A stretch of DNA of 28,677 nucleotides from Lysobacterales bacterium (GCA_038215505.1 JBBQQV010000001.1:1-28677); one strand, 5' to 3'. Positions 1 to 10,108 are shown, numbered from the stretch's first letter. Program-made: numbers and translations. The notes: a model not told the origin generated them from the letters alone.

Positions 1-708
1 CACCCACCGCCGCAGGCCGAGATGACGCGCGGTGTAGGTGACGATGTCGCGAAGGCTAACCACTTCGGGGCCATAAAGCTCGTAGGTCTGGCCGATCGTG
101 CTGCAGTCGTCGAGTGCGTGCAAAAACGCCGTGACGACGTCACCCACGAATACCGGCGCGAACTTGGCATCTGCCCGCGCCAGCGGCAGCACCGGGGTGA
201 GGGCCAACAAGCTGGCGAAGCGAAAAAACAGGCCATCACCGGGGCCGAAAATCACCGAGGGTTGGAACAGCGTCCATTCAAGCTCAGACGACTTGACCCG
301 TTGCTCGGCTTCGCCGCGGGTGAGCAAATAGTAGCTGCTGCCGCGGCCTGCATTCAGTGAGCTCATCTGCAACAGGCGGGAAACACCGGCCTCTTTGCAG
401 GCACCGATCAAGGCATTGCTGAGATCCACGTGGGCGCGACGAAAGCCTGCACCGTTGCGACCTGGCTCGTTGAGAATGCCGACCAGATTGATTGCCGCAT
501 CCGCCCCACGCAGCAAGGGCACCAGCGCGGCGCGGTCATACACATCGACACTGACCACGCGAACCTCCGGCAACACCGCCAGCTGGCGCAAGCGTTCGGC
601 ATTGCGACTGGCGACGGTCACCTGCCAACCGGCGCGGGCCAAGGCCGGAACCAAATGGCTGCCGACAAAGCCGGTGCCGCCCAACACGACGAGATGACGA
701 TTGCTCAT
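1..708 (-). CDS. NDUFA9-like atypical SDR / NAD(P)-binding protein; 3' end runs off the window
   Basis: Hand translation from ATG 708: MSNRHLVVLGGTGFVGSHLVPAL (Rossmann GxxGxxG) ... FAPVFVGDVV ... GQTYELYGPEV. Start overlaps the slt stop (ATGA). Absent from the ORF track because no stop lies inside the window. Confidence 0.88.
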   Translation of the reverse strand, partial: MSNRHLVVLGGTGFVGSHLVPALARAGWQVTVASRNAERLRQLAVLPEVRVVSVDVYDRAALVPLLRGADAAINLVGILNEPGRNGAGFRRAHVDLSNALIGACKEAGVSRLLQMSSLNAGRGSSYYLLTRGEAEQRVKSSELEWTLFQPSVIFGPGDGLFFRFASLLALTPVLPLARADAKFAPVFVGDVVTAFLHALDDCSTIGQTYELYGPEVVSLRDIVTYTARHLGLRRWV

Positions 709-2774
709 GGGGTCTGCACTGTCTGGTTAACGGGAGCGGGACAAACGAAGGCGCGACGTGGGGCGCTGACGCCGCGCATGCGTGCTGCCAATGGCACGGC
801 ACCGCCGTGCAGACGCCAATCGTAGATGACACTGAAGGCCATGATGCGACCGACGTATTCTCGGGTTTCCCGATAGGGAATGGTTTCGACCCATAGATCA
901 ACATCATGCGCTGCGCGCTGCGCCAGCCAACGACCAATCGGCGCTGGTCCGGCGTTGTATGCGGCTGTGGCTAGATACGGTTGGTCGGCGTGGCGAGCCA
1001 GCATGGCAGCGAGGTAGGCCGTGCCCAGCGCGATGTTGGCGCGCGGGTCGTAAAGCGTATCGCCGCCACTCCACGGCAAGCCTTGGTTCCTTGCCGTCGC
1101 CGCCGCAGTGGACGGCAACAATTGCATCAAGCCGCGGGCATCGGCATGCGAGCGCGCGCGCGGTTGCCAAGCGCTTTCTGCACGAATCAACGCAGCCACC
1201 CACGCTTCGTCCAAGCCGTGCTTTTTCGCCTGTCGGCGCAAGACATTGCGTTGCGCAAATGGGAAGCGCAATGAGTAGTAGCGCAGATCTTCCGGGGTGG
1301 CCATGGAGAACACCGCGCGATCATTCCAGTGCGACTCCAGTGCGATGGCGACCGCATGATGTCGACCTTGCGCATCCAGCCCGGCCAGCAGCTGTTTCCA
1401 CTCCAGCTCAGCCCAGCTATCGCGCCCCATCGCCTTGAGTTCGCGCGCGCGCCATAGACCCGGTGCGGCGGCGACTTTCTTATGGGTAGCGCTGGCGCTG
1501 TCGATCTCAAGCGGGCATAGCGCATAAGGCTGATTGAGACGATCCGCCGCTAAAAACCCGTGGTAGTTGGGCTCAAGCGCGAGCGCAGCGAACTGCTGCT
1601 TGGCTGGCTCCGCTTCGCCCAGCATTTCATACATGCGCGCCTGCAAATAGCGCCAGCGCGGGTCGGCACGCAGGCTGTCTGGCATCGCGGTGATGGCGTC
1701 GAGTGTCTGTCGCCAATCGGCTCGCGCCAAGGCTTCGCGCGCGCGCCACTCGTGCAGGCGATCATCGAACGCGCTTGCAGTTACGGCAGCCATGCGCTGC
1801 GCTGAACCTGGCAAATACGAAGCGGCCGACCACAAGGCTGCTTGGTAGCGCACCAAAGCCTGTTGCTCGGCCGTCAGCCTCAGCGGAGCCAGCGCAGCCA
1901 GCAAGCGTTCGCCAGCGGCGGGATCTGCCTTGGCGGCGCGACTGGCCCCGATGGCGGCGATTTGACGACTGCGATCATTCACCGGCCATGCCAGCGGAAG
2001 CTTTGCCGAAGGCGAATCGAGATAGCTGGCGTAGCGCTCGGCTTGCAGTTGCTCTGCCGTTGGCAACTTCCGCGCGAGCAAGCGGATAAAGCCGCTGTTG
2101 CCCAGCTCAGCGGCGAGCATGATTCGCTCCCAGCGCAGCGCATCAGTGATGCCACCGGCCTGTTCCAACGCCGCAAACACCACATCGCAGCTCGCCGGCC
2201 GCGAATCGCCGAAGCGCCAGAGGTCGGCAATGCGCGCTTGCAGGCCGGCGTCCATCGCCGCTGCGGAAAGATCTGCGGTAATGGCGTGGCATTGCAGCTC
2301 GATCTCGCGATCAAGGGCGGGCTGATAGTGGGACCTGAAGCCGTTCCAATCGCGGCGCCGGGCGAGTTCGTGCAGCAGTGCTTTGCGCAGTGGCTCGGCA
2401 AAGCCAAGCTCGGGATAGCGCCGTTGCAAAGCATCGATCTTGCTCGCGCTGGCCCGACTCAGGTCGTGCCGCAGTTCGGCATACTCGAGCCACGGCAGCA
2501 GCGGGTGATTGGCGAAGGTCTGTCGGATAGCGGCCGTCAACGGGGCGCCGCGCTCGATGCGCTCCAGTGCAGAGCGGAACGATCCGCGCTGTGCCTCGGT
2601 TTGGGTTCGATCAAGTGCCAGCGCTGGCTGGCCAAGCAGACCAGCGCCGAGCAGACCTGTGCAGAGCAGCCAAGTTCCGAGCAGCCAAGTTCCGGGCAGC
2701 CAAGTTCTGAGCGAGCGAGCGCCGAGCAGACAGCCACTGGGAAAGCGGAGAGAGATCGAGCAGATGGTGAGCAA
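705..2774 (-). CDS. slt: Soluble lytic murein transglycosylase (Slt70 type); start uncertain (TTG 2774, 2783 or 2786)
   Basis: C-terminal part of ORF 705..3794: IRAESAW (catalytic Glu), ARGLMQLLPSTA, AAYNAGP, ETIPYRETREYV. No in-frame ATG/GTG between the divergent TSUP start and the mature domain. Confidence 0.9.
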   Translation of the reverse strand: MLTICSISLRFPSGCLLGARSLRTWLPGTWLLGTWLLCTGLLGAGLLGQPALALDRTQTEAQRGSFRSALERIERGAPLTAAIRQTFANHPLLPWLEYAELRHDLSRASASKIDALQRRYPELGFAEPLRKALLHELARRRDWNGFRSHYQPALDREIELQCHAITADLSAAAMDAGLQARIADLWRFGDSRPASCDVVFAALEQAGGITDALRWERIMLAAELGNSGFIRLLARKLPTAEQLQAERYASYLDSPSAKLPLAWPVNDRSRQIAAIGASRAAKADPAAGERLLAALAPLRLTAEQQALVRYQAALWSAASYLPGSAQRMAAVTASAFDDRLHEWRAREALARADWRQTLDAITAMPDSLRADPRWRYLQARMYEMLGEAEPAKQQFAALALEPNYHGFLAADRLNQPYALCPLEIDSASATHKKVAAAPGLWRARELKAMGRDSWAELEWKQLLAGLDAQGRHHAVAIALESHWNDRAVFSMATPEDLRYYSLRFPFAQRNVLRRQAKKHGLDEAWVAALIRAESAWQPRARSHADARGLMQLLPSTAAATARNQGLPWSGGDTLYDPRANIALGTAYLAAMLARHADQPYLATAAYNAGPAPIGRWLAQRAAHDVDLWVETIPYRETREYVGRIMAFSVIYDWRLHGGAVPLAARMRGVSAPRRAFVCPAPVNQTVQTP
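2632..2736. repeat. About 7 degenerate tandem copies of a 15-bp unit (consensus CCGAGCAGCCAAGTT) in the slt leader
   Basis: Units at 2632, 2647, 2662, 2677, 2692, 2707 and 2722; the three central units are near-identical and encode TWLPG/TWLLG/TWLLC on the minus strand. Confidence 0.85.
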
Positions 2775-2840
2775 TGGAATCAACAAAAGAAAACGCAGAC
2801 GCGCAGTGTATCGGCTCGGCAGGATCGGGTTGGCCGTTGC

Positions 2841-3635
2841 ATGAGTACATGGATGGCTTATCTCGTATTGGGGGCCTGCGCCGGCTTGCTTGCCGGCTTG
2901 CTTGGCGTGGGCGGCGGCTTGGTGATCGTCGCCGTGCTCGCGCACATGCTGCCTGCGCAGGGCGTGCCCGCCGACAGCGTGATGCACGTCGCTTTGGCGA
3001 CGTCGTTGGCGTCGATCATTTTGACCGGCTTGTCTTCCGCACGCTCGCACCATCAGCGCGGCAGCGTGCTGTGGACCAGCGTGCGCTGGCTGGCTCCGGG
3101 CTTGGTGATCGGCGCGTTGCTGGGATCTGCAGTTGCCAGTCAGTTGCCGGCGCAGACTCTGAGGTTGGCGGTCGCGCTGTTCTGCCTGCTCGCTGCCGCG
3201 CAATTGGCTTTTGGCACGCCGCGCAGAAAGACAGAGACGAATGAACCCCCAGGTGGCCGTGGCTTGACCCTGGCCGGGCTTGCCATCGGCGGCCTGTCCG
3301 CTGTGGTCGGCATTGGCGGAGGCAGTCTGACCGTGCCCTTGCTGGTCTGGCTTGGGGTAACGCCGGTGCGGGCGGTCGGCACATCGGCGGCCTGTGGAGT
3401 GGTCATTGGTTTGGCCGCCGCGGTGGGTTATGCCGCGTCCGGTCCAGCGGGCGCTGACTTGCCCGCAGGCAGCATCGGCTATGTCTATCTGCCTGCCGCG
3501 GCGGGCATCGCGTTGGCGTCCATTCTGTGCGCGCCGTTTGGCGCAAAACTCGCGCATCGGCTGAGCGGTCCCGCACTTAAGCGCGTATTTGCGCTGTTGC
3601 TGTTGGCGGTGGGAGCGAGCCTGCTTTGGGGCTAA
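2841..3635 (+). CDS. TSUP family (TauE/SafE) permease, 264 aa
   Basis: AGLLAGLLGVGGGLVIV and second-repeat SAVVGIGGGSLTVP, AVGTSAACG motifs; many hydrophobic segments. Only the 3' part of ORF 1842..3635 is the gene. Confidence 0.9.
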   Translation: MSTWMAYLVLGACAGLLAGLLGVGGGLVIVAVLAHMLPAQGVPADSVMHVALATSLASIILTGLSSARSHHQRGSVLWTSVRWLAPGLVIGALLGSAVASQLPAQTLRLAVALFCLLAAAQLAFGTPRRKTETNEPPGGRGLTLAGLAIGGLSAVVGIGGGSLTVPLLVWLGVTPVRAVGTSAACGVVIGLAAAVGYAASGPAGADLPAGSIGYVYLPAAAGIALASILCAPFGAKLAHRLSGPALKRVFALLLLAVGASLLWG

Positions 3636-3713
3636 GTGCTTGCCAGCGCCGGTCAAAGCAGCAGGGTGGGCAATGGCATTGACGAAAGGGACTTGCGCAA
3701 AATTCACATTTTC

Positions 3714-3752
3714 TTTACAAATCGTGGGCCTCGATTCGTGATCCGTATCACG
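3714..3752 (+). promoter_or_regulatory. Putative sigma70 promoter (TTTACA-17-CGTGAT) overlapped by a CRP/Clp-like palindrome CGTGA-N6-TCACG
   Basis: TTTACA 3714-3719; CGTGA 3737-3741, TCCGTA spacer, TCACG 3748-3752; ends about 30 nt upstream of the receptor ATG. Confidence 0.4.
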
Positions 3753-3781
3753 GATGGCATTCAATCCCCCGGAGGGGCTGC

Positions 3782-6688
3782 ATGAAGACGCCACGTCGTA
3801 ACCGCCTCAGCTCAGCGCTGCGCGCCGCGCTAGTGCTCACTGTCTTGCCCGTTGGCATTGCCGTCGCCCAAGACGAACCGCGTCAACTGGACCGTGTCGA
3901 GGTCACCGGTTCGCGCATCAAGAAGGCCGCGATTGAAGGCCAGACGCCGATCCAAACCATCACTCGCGCCGATATCGAGCGCAGTGGTCTGACCGCCGTG
4001 GCCGACATCCTGCAGCAGCTCACCGCCTCGGGCTCTGCGCTCAATACCAAGTTCAATTCCAGCGGCAACTTTGGCTTTCCGCCGGATGGCAGCGGCGTCG
4101 GTGCCGGCTCGGCAACGATTGATCTGCGCCACTTGGGCTCCAAGCGCGTGCTGGTGCTGGTCGATGGCATCCGTTGGGTCAACGAAGCCTCGGCCTCGGG
4201 GGTGTCGGCGTCCACCGACCTCAACACCATTCCAGTCAACATCATCGAGCGCATCGACATTCTTGAAGACGGTGCTTCGTCCATCTATGGCTCCGACGCG
4301 ATCGCAGGCGTGGTCAACATCATCACTCGCCGCAATTTCGACGGCGTCGCACTGTCGGCGAACTACGGTGAGTTCGATGAAGGTGATGGCGAACTGAAAT
4401 CTGGCGAGATCAGCTTTGGCAAAACGGGCGATGGCTTCAGTTTTTTCTTCGGCGCCAGCAGCACCGAGCAAGAAGCCGTCGAATCCAAGGATCGCAGCAT
4501 TTCGAGCTTTCCCAAGCCCAATTTGGGCTTGGCGTTCGGTTCCTCAGCCACGCCCAACGGCCGCTTCGTATTCGTTGATCCGCGCACCGGTCAATTCGCC
4601 AACATTGCCTTGGACGGCGCGTTTCCGAACCGCGTGCCGACATACAACCCGAACGCGCCCGGCGTCAACGATGACTTCCACCCGTTCACCTCGGCTGATC
4701 GCTTCAACTTCGCCCAGTTCAACTACATCCTGACGCCAAGCGAGCGCAAGAGCCTGTTCACGCAGACCCGGTTTGACATCAACGACAGCGTCAGCTGGTA
4801 CGTGCGCGCCGTCTACAACCAGCGCGAGTCTGAGAACCGTGCCGCGCCTGAGCCGATTTTTCTCGGTCCAGACGCCGGCACTGGCAACGCGTTTGCCGAC
4901 GGCATCTTCATCTCGCGCCTCAACCCGTTCAACCCATTTGGGTTTGACTTTGACGCCAGTGGCAACAACCTGATCTTCCTCGGTCGCCGGCCGATCGAAG
5001 GCGGACCGCGGCGCTTCTTCCAGGATGTCGACACTTGGTACTTCGCCACCGGTCTCGAAGGCACGTTCGACATCGGCAACAACCCGTATTACTGGGACGT
5101 CAACTACGTTCGCAGCAATAACGAAGCCAATCAAACCAACTTCGGCAGCTACAACATCCGCCGCATCGCCACCGCTCTGGGAACACCAGCGACGTGTGCC
5201 GCCGATCCGCAGTGCACCCCGCTCAACATCTTTGGCGGACCCGGCACCATTACCCCGGCGATGTTGGCCTACATCCAGCCGATCATCCGCGACAGTAGCG
5301 AGAACAACCTGCAGTTGTTCTCTGCCAACATTTCAGGCGACATTGCAGAACTCTGGGCGGGTCCGCTGGCTTTTGCCGGTGGTTATGAGCACCGCAAGTT
5401 GGACGGCTCGTACTTGCCCGACGCACTCACCGTGGCCGGTGAGTACAACGGCGTACCGTCGCTGCCAACCGCAGGCGCGTACGACGTTGATGAGTATTTT
5501 CTCGAGTTGAATTTGCCGCTGTACGCGACTGAAGGATCGCAGCTCGACTTGAGTGCGGCCGGTCGTTATTCGGATTATTCGACGTCTGGCGGTGAGACCA
5601 CCGGCAAGGTCGGATTCCGTTGGCAGTTTGGCGAAGAGTTCCTGTTCCGTGGCTCGCTTGCTGAAGGCTTCCGCGCGCCCTCCATCGGCGAGTTGTTCGG
5701 CTCAGCATCGCGTTTTGACGCCGAGTTGACGGATCCCTGCGTGCGCGGCATCAACGGCGCACCGCCGACAGGACCAGCGTCGGTGTGCTCGCAGTTTGGC
5801 ATTCCGGCCAATGCGCAGCAGGCCAATCCGCAGATTTCGGTTACCACCGGTGGCAATCCGAATCTCGCCCCGGAAACCTCTGACAGCTATTCGGTGGGTT
5901 TCGTTTGGAGTCCAGGTTTTATCAGCGATAGCGGTTGGGCAGAGAAATTCGATATCGAATTCACCGCCTATCGACATGAACTCGAAGGCGCGATTCAAGC
6001 CATCGATGCGCAGACCCAGCTCAATATCTGCTCGGGTCTGGTGCCAAGCGTGAGTGCCGGTGGACCCAGCTCGCCGTTCTGTCAAGGCATCACTCGCGCG
6101 GTCACCGGCGGCATCAACGGCTTTAATAATCGCCTGCAGAACTTTGGCAGCATCGAAACCGACGGCTATGACATCGACTTCTTCTGGACCTTGCCAGAAA
6201 CCGATATCGGCGTGTTCCGTGCCAGTTGGCGCAACACCTTCGTCGATAGCTACGACGCGCAAGACGCTTTGGGCAGCGCGCAGCCGCAAGGCGTCGGCGT
6301 CGAAATCAACAACAGCGGAATTCCCGAGTGGGCGTCCAACCTCACCTTGGACTGGGCTTTGGGTGATTTTTCGGCCAGCTGGGGCGCGCGTTTCACCGAT
6401 GGCCTGACCGAGGACTGCCAGGACTTCCGCGCCACCGGCGTGTGCTCGGATGTGCCCACCGATCCCAATGTCAGGGCCAGCAACAGCCTAGGCGGCACGA
6501 CCTATCACGACATCCAGCTGAGCTGGAAGACGCCCATGGTCGGCAACATGCGATTGACCGGTGGCGTCAATAACGTCGGCGACAAGGACGCACCGTTCTG
6601 CTACAGCTGCTCGTTGAACGGTTACGACGCCTCCAACTACGATCTGCCGGGCCGCTTCTACTACGCCAAAGTGGATTTCAAGTTCTAA
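3782..6688 (+). CDS. TonB-dependent outer-membrane receptor, 968 aa
   Basis: Signal peptide; TonB-box region [11 protein letters not shown]; plug motifs [15 protein letters not shown] and [28 protein letters not shown]; C-terminal YYAKVDFKF. Confidence 0.95.
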   Translation: MKTPRRNRLSSALRAALVLTVLPVGIAVAQDEPRQLDRVEVTGSRIKKAAIEGQTPIQTITRADIERSGLTAVADILQQLTASGSALNTKFNSSGNFGFPPDGSGVGAGSATIDLRHLGSKRVLVLVDGIRWVNEASASGVSASTDLNTIPVNIIERIDILEDGASSIYGSDAIAGVVNIITRRNFDGVALSANYGEFDEGDGELKSGEISFGKTGDGFSFFFGASSTEQEAVESKDRSISSFPKPNLGLAFGSSATPNGRFVFVDPRTGQFANIALDGAFPNRVPTYNPNAPGVNDDFHPFTSADRFNFAQFNYILTPSERKSLFTQTRFDINDSVSWYVRAVYNQRESENRAAPEPIFLGPDAGTGNAFADGIFISRLNPFNPFGFDFDASGNNLIFLGRRPIEGGPRRFFQDVDTWYFATGLEGTFDIGNNPYYWDVNYVRSNNEANQTNFGSYNIRRIATALGTPATCAADPQCTPLNIFGGPGTITPAMLAYIQPIIRDSSENNLQLFSANISGDIAELWAGPLAFAGGYEHRKLDGSYLPDALTVAGEYNGVPSLPTAGAYDVDEYFLELNLPLYATEGSQLDLSAAGRYSDYSTSGGETTGKVGFRWQFGEEFLFRGSLAEGFRAPSIGELFGSASRFDAELTDPCVRGINGAPPTGPASVCSQFGIPANAQQANPQISVTTGGNPNLAPETSDSYSVGFVWSPGFISDSGWAEKFDIEFTAYRHELEGAIQAIDAQTQLNICSGLVPSVSAGGPSSPFCQGITRAVTGGINGFNNRLQNFGSIETDGYDIDFFWTLPETDIGVFRASWRNTFVDSYDAQDALGSAQPQGVGVEINNSGIPEWASNLTLDWALGDFSASWGARFTDGLTEDCQDFRATGVCSDVPTDPNVRASNSLGGTTYHDIQLSWKTPMVGNMRLTGGVNNVGDKDAPFCYSCSLNGYDASNYDLPGRFYYAKVDFKF

Positions 6689-6717
6689 GCTTGCGGTGAC
6701 TACCGCTGGGTAGACAG

Positions 6718-6755
6718 AACGCCCGTCGGGGAAGCCCGGCGGGCGTTTCAGTTTT
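6718..6755 (+). terminator. Intrinsic terminator after the TonB-dependent receptor
   Basis: 13-bp stem AACGCCCGTCGGG/CCCGGCGGGCGTT (one G-U), GAAG loop, then TCAGTTTT. Confidence 0.75.
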
Positions 6756-6831
6756 GGCGCTCGGGGACCTTGCCCGGATGCAGCGCAGCGGAATGCGGGA
6801 GGCGTTTGCCGGTCTTCCCCCACATATTGCC

Positions 6832-6951
6832 TGTGGGAGCGGCGGCAGCCGCGATTGACCTTGTCTTGCCGCAGAGAAATCGCGGCTTCCGCCGCTCCCA
6901 CATCAGCCGAGATGGGGTCAGACTGTGGCGGCTTCCGCCGCTCCCGCATCA
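6832..6951. repeat. REP-type cluster: inverted pair plus a third partial copy
   Basis: TGTGGGAGCGGCGGCAGCCGCGATT (6832-6856) and its reverse complement at 6878-6902 (1 mismatch). 6928-6954 repeats 6882-6908 directly (1 mismatch). GTGG tetranucleotide followed by an internal GCGGC/GCCGC palindrome. Confidence 0.8.
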
Positions 6952-7767
6952 GCCTGGAAGACTTGGTTGGGGGGCCGAGTTCGGCATTTCCAGCTCGGCT
7001 GCCACCGCGATGTGGTCAGACAACATGCCCGGCAACGCCCAGCGCCGGCGCACCTGGATGCCCGGTGTCACCAGAATGTGGTCAATCGCCCGCCGTGGTT
7101 GCCAACTCGGAAAACTCAGCAAGCGTTCGGTCGGGGCGACGAAGCCGCAACGGTCGTAAAGCGGGCGCATCTCAGGAGCCTGCGCTTCGCAGTTGAAGTC
7201 GCCCATCAACACGGCGTGGGGTGCATCCGACAGCAATTCGACGATGAAGCCGAGTTGGTCGGCGCGCGACCGCATACCCAGCGAGAGGTGCGAAATCAGC
7301 ACGACAAGTGCGTCAGCGCCATCCCCGTAGCGCGCCCACAGCACGCCACGGCCAGCGACTCGGCCGGGCAAGGCATAATCGCGTACTTCGTCTGGCTGGC
7401 GACGGCTGAGCAGGCCGTTGGCGCTGGACATGATGCCGCCGATGCGGCGATTGGACTGGTGGCTCCAGTAATCGAATCCCGCCGCTTCGGCAAGGTAGTG
7501 AGTCTGGTTGAGAAAGCCCGAGCGCAGGGAGCCAGGGTCGGTTTCCTGCAAGCCAACGATGTCGAAGTCGCGCGCAGCAACGGCCATGACATCCAGGTTG
7601 CTGCGCTTTTCGGGATGCGGCAACACGTGCGACCACGGGCGGCTGACGTAATCGCGATAACTACGAGTGCTGGCACCCGCTTGAATATTGGCGCTGACCA
7701 CCGACAGCGTCGCGCCGCGAGGGCGGTCGCTGACGCTGTCTGGCAAGCCCTCGGCCGGCGACGACAC
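6949..7767 (-). CDS. Endonuclease/exonuclease/phosphatase (EEP) family protein; GTG 7767 chosen as start
   Basis: SANIQAG, DIVGLQETD, ISHLSL, VLMGDFN, IDHIL, SDH motifs; the ORF-track start at 7806 overlaps dsbA. Confidence 0.88.
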   Translation of the reverse strand: MSSPAEGLPDSVSDRPRGATLSVVSANIQAGASTRSYRDYVSRPWSHVLPHPEKRSNLDVMAVAARDFDIVGLQETDPGSLRSGFLNQTHYLAEAAGFDYWSHQSNRRIGGIMSSANGLLSRRQPDEVRDYALPGRVAGRGVLWARYGDGADALVVLISHLSLGMRSRADQLGFIVELLSDAPHAVLMGDFNCEAQAPEMRPLYDRCGFVAPTERLLSFPSWQPRRAIDHILVTPGIQVRRRWALPGMLSDHIAVAAELEMPNSAPQPSLPG

Positions 7768-7789
7768 GCGTGGGCCGAGGCAGAGTTGC

Positions 7790-8428
7790 TTACTTGGCCG
7801 CAGCACGTTCCTTGGCCACTAGGAAGTCGGCGACCTGCAACATGCGCTCATGCGAATTCGGGCCGCTAGCCTCAATCCGGTACTTGCCGGCGACGATCAT
7901 GGTTGGGGTCGAGCTGACGCCGTAACGCGGCACCTGTTGCTGCGATCGGCCGACTTTTGCATTAACCGCGAAGCTGTTCATGGTGGCCGCAAACTCGTCG
8001 GCGTTGACGCCGTGGCTGGCATAGAACGCGGGGATGTCTTCCACCGCTTGGATCGTCTTTTCGACGTGCACGGCCTTGAACATCGCCTCGTGAGTCTTGC
8101 CGAGAATTCCCATGGTCTCAGCGGTGTAATAGGCGCGCGCAAAATTCTCCCAGATGCCACCAAACATCGCCGGCATATAGTTGAACGAGACGTCGGCGGC
8201 CAGAGTTTTCTTCCACTCGGCGATCTTCGGCTCGAAGCTTGCGCAGTGACTGCAGCTGTAGCCGAACACTTCCAATACTTCAATCTTGTCGCCGCTGCTG
8301 GTCGGCTGCGATGGCTCGATCAGGAAGTAGTCGGTGCCAGCGGTGAAGGTTTCGGCGGTAGGCGCGGTCTGCGCGCTGCACGCAGTGGCGACACCGAGCA
8401 GAACAAGGGCCAGCAGGCGGGTCAGCAT
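7790..8428 (-). CDS. dsbA: Thiol:disulfide oxidase DsbA
   Basis: EVFGYSCSHCASFEP (CxxC), cis-Pro loop GVSSTPT, signal peptide, GGAG upstream of ATG 8428. Confidence 0.92.
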   Translation of the reverse strand: MLTRLLALVLLGVATACSAQTAPTAETFTAGTDYFLIEPSQPTSSGDKIEVLEVFGYSCSHCASFEPKIAEWKKTLAADVSFNYMPAMFGGIWENFARAYYTAETMGILGKTHEAMFKAVHVEKTIQAVEDIPAFYASHGVNADEFAATMNSFAVNAKVGRSQQQVPRYGVSSTPTMIVAGKYRIEASGPNSHERMLQVADFLVAKERAAAK

Positions 8429-8535
8429 GGTCAAAAACTCCAATTAGTCGGGTGATGGTTGTCAGTTTGAATCAATAACTCGGCAAATTGGCTGGCTCAG
8501 TCGCTTGGCGCGGCTGCACACAGAGCAATCGCCCA

Positions 8536-8564
8536 GAAACTGAACGGGTGCCCGTGGGCGCCCG
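8536..8564 (-). terminator. Terminator-like hairpin between cytochrome c4 and dsbA
   Basis: 8-bp GC stem 8545-8552/8557-8564 with 4-nt loop, followed on the minus strand by TTCAGTTTC. Confidence 0.5.
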
Positions 8565-8592
8565 GTGCGATCAGCTGCGGGTCGCTTGGACT

Positions 8593-9378
8593 TTAAGGGG
8601 CAGCAGAAGTTCCCTGCGCTGCCAAGTGCAAGCCTTCGATGTAGCTCGCGAGCGAGCCGATCTCCTCATCGGTCAAATATTTGGCAACGCCCATCATTAC
8701 TGCATTGGCGTTGGCATCGCGGCCATACACCGTGCCACTGCGAAATGCCTTCAGCTGAGTGGCGGTGTAATTGGCGTGCTGTCCTGCCAATTGCGGGTAG
8801 GCCGGGCCTGGATTGCCGCTGCCCACCGGACCGTGACAGCCCGCGCACGCGGCAACTCCACGCTCGGCGTCACCGCTGCGAAACAGCGCTTCGCCGACGG
8901 AGTAGTACTTGCGGCCAGCGTTGTCGCCGCTGGCGATCAAGCTGTCATCGGCCATGCCGGCGGAGGCGGTCTTGCTGGCGAAATGGGCGCCGACATCGCG
9001 CATGTCCTGCGGGCTGAGCCCGGCGGCAAAGCCCAACATGATGGCGTTGTCGCGCTCGCCGCTCTTGTATAGCGCGAGCTGACGCGCGATGTAGCGCTCG
9101 TGCTGACCGGCCAGCTTGGGATATTGGGGGTCGACCGAATTGCCATCGGTGCTGTGGCAAGCCGCGCAGGCGCTGGCCTTCGCGGCTCCGGCTTCGGCGT
9201 TGCCGGGCTCCGCTGGCCCGTGCGCATCGGTTAGTTCGCTGGCGACAGCCGCAGCGGGTTCGGCGACAGCATCGACTTGCACGGCATCGGCCGCCGCAGG
9301 TGCGGCTTCCTCCGTGGCAGCGAGGGCATTGGCTGCAACCAGTAAGGCGGCGAGACCGAGAATGCGGCGAAAGGTCAT
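8593..9378 (-). CDS. Di-heme cytochrome c4
   Basis: Two heme motifs CAACH and CAGCH, YPKLAGQH/YPQLAGQH, signal peptide, GGAG upstream of ATG 9378; divergent from engB. Confidence 0.93.
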   Translation of the reverse strand: MTFRRILGLAALLVAANALAATEEAAPAAADAVQVDAVAEPAAAVASELTDAHGPAEPGNAEAGAAKASACAACHSTDGNSVDPQYPKLAGQHERYIARQLALYKSGERDNAIMLGFAAGLSPQDMRDVGAHFASKTASAGMADDSLIASGDNAGRKYYSVGEALFRSGDAERGVAACAGCHGPVGSGNPGPAYPQLAGQHANYTATQLKAFRSGTVYGRDANANAVMMGVAKYLTDEEIGSLASYIEGLHLAAQGTSAAP

Positions 9379-9514
9379 ACACTTGCTCCAAATTCGAGAG
9401 TCAGCCAACGGCGTATCGCGTCTTGAACGCAAGCGGCAAGACTCAAGCAGCCGCTGGCAATTCCGTCAGGACTGCGAATTATCCCCGCCGTCCCGTCGAC
9501 CGGTCAACGAAGCA

Positions 9515-10108
9515 ATGAGCGATGCCCAACCCCTGCGCCGCGCGCGCTTTATAAAAAGTGCGCATGAGTTGATCCATTTGCCGCCTGATAGTGGCCGCGA
9601 AGTGGCGATCTGCGGCCGCTCCAACGCCGGTAAGTCGAGCGCCATCAACGCAATATGTGATCAAGGCAAGCTGGCGAGAACCTCAAAGACGCCAGGGCGA
9701 ACGCAGCAACTTGTGTATTTCGAAGTCGCGCCCGAGCGTCACTTGGTGGACCTGCCCGGATACGGCTACGCCAAAGTTCCTCTGGCATTGCGCGAACATT
9801 GGCAAGGAGTGCTGGAAGGCTTCTTCATGCATCGACAGGCGCTGTGCGGACTGATCGTGGTGATGGATATCCGTCATCCCATGAAGGAATTTGATCAACA
9901 GATGCTGGCCTTCGCCGCCGCTCGCGGGTTACCCGGCCACGTGCTGTTGACCAAGGCCGACAAAATCAGCCGCGGCGCACAAGCCAAGACCCTTCTCGCC
10001 GTGCGTCGCGAATTGGGCCAACGCATCGGCGCACAGCTGTTTTCAGCTACCGATGGCACCGGGTTGGATGAGGCGCGGTTGGTGTTGCGGGGGGGGTTGG
10101 GGGTTTAG
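9515..10108 (+). CDS. engB: Ribosome-biogenesis GTPase EngB/YihA
   Basis: G1 GRSNAGKSS, G2 TSKTPGRT, G3 DLPGYG, G4 LTKADK. Confidence 0.93.
   Translation: MSDAQPLRRARFIKSAHELIHLPPDSGREVAICGRSNAGKSSAINAICDQGKLARTSKTPGRTQQLVYFEVAPERHLVDLPGYGYAKVPLALREHWQGVLEGFFMHRQALCGLIVVMDIRHPMKEFDQQMLAFAAARGLPGHVLLTKADKISRGAQAKTLLAVRRELGQRIGAQLFSATDGTGLDEARLVLRGGLGV

Noticed and set aside
2632-2736. Possible CRISPR array
   Set aside because: Units are contiguous 15-mers with no spacers, inside a coding region, and no cas genes are present.
2775-3794. N-terminal third of the 1029-aa ORF 705..3794, and the first 333 codons of ORF 1842..3635
   Set aside because: They are antisense shadows of the TSUP and slt genes; long open antisense frames are common in high-GC DNA and show no domain motifs.
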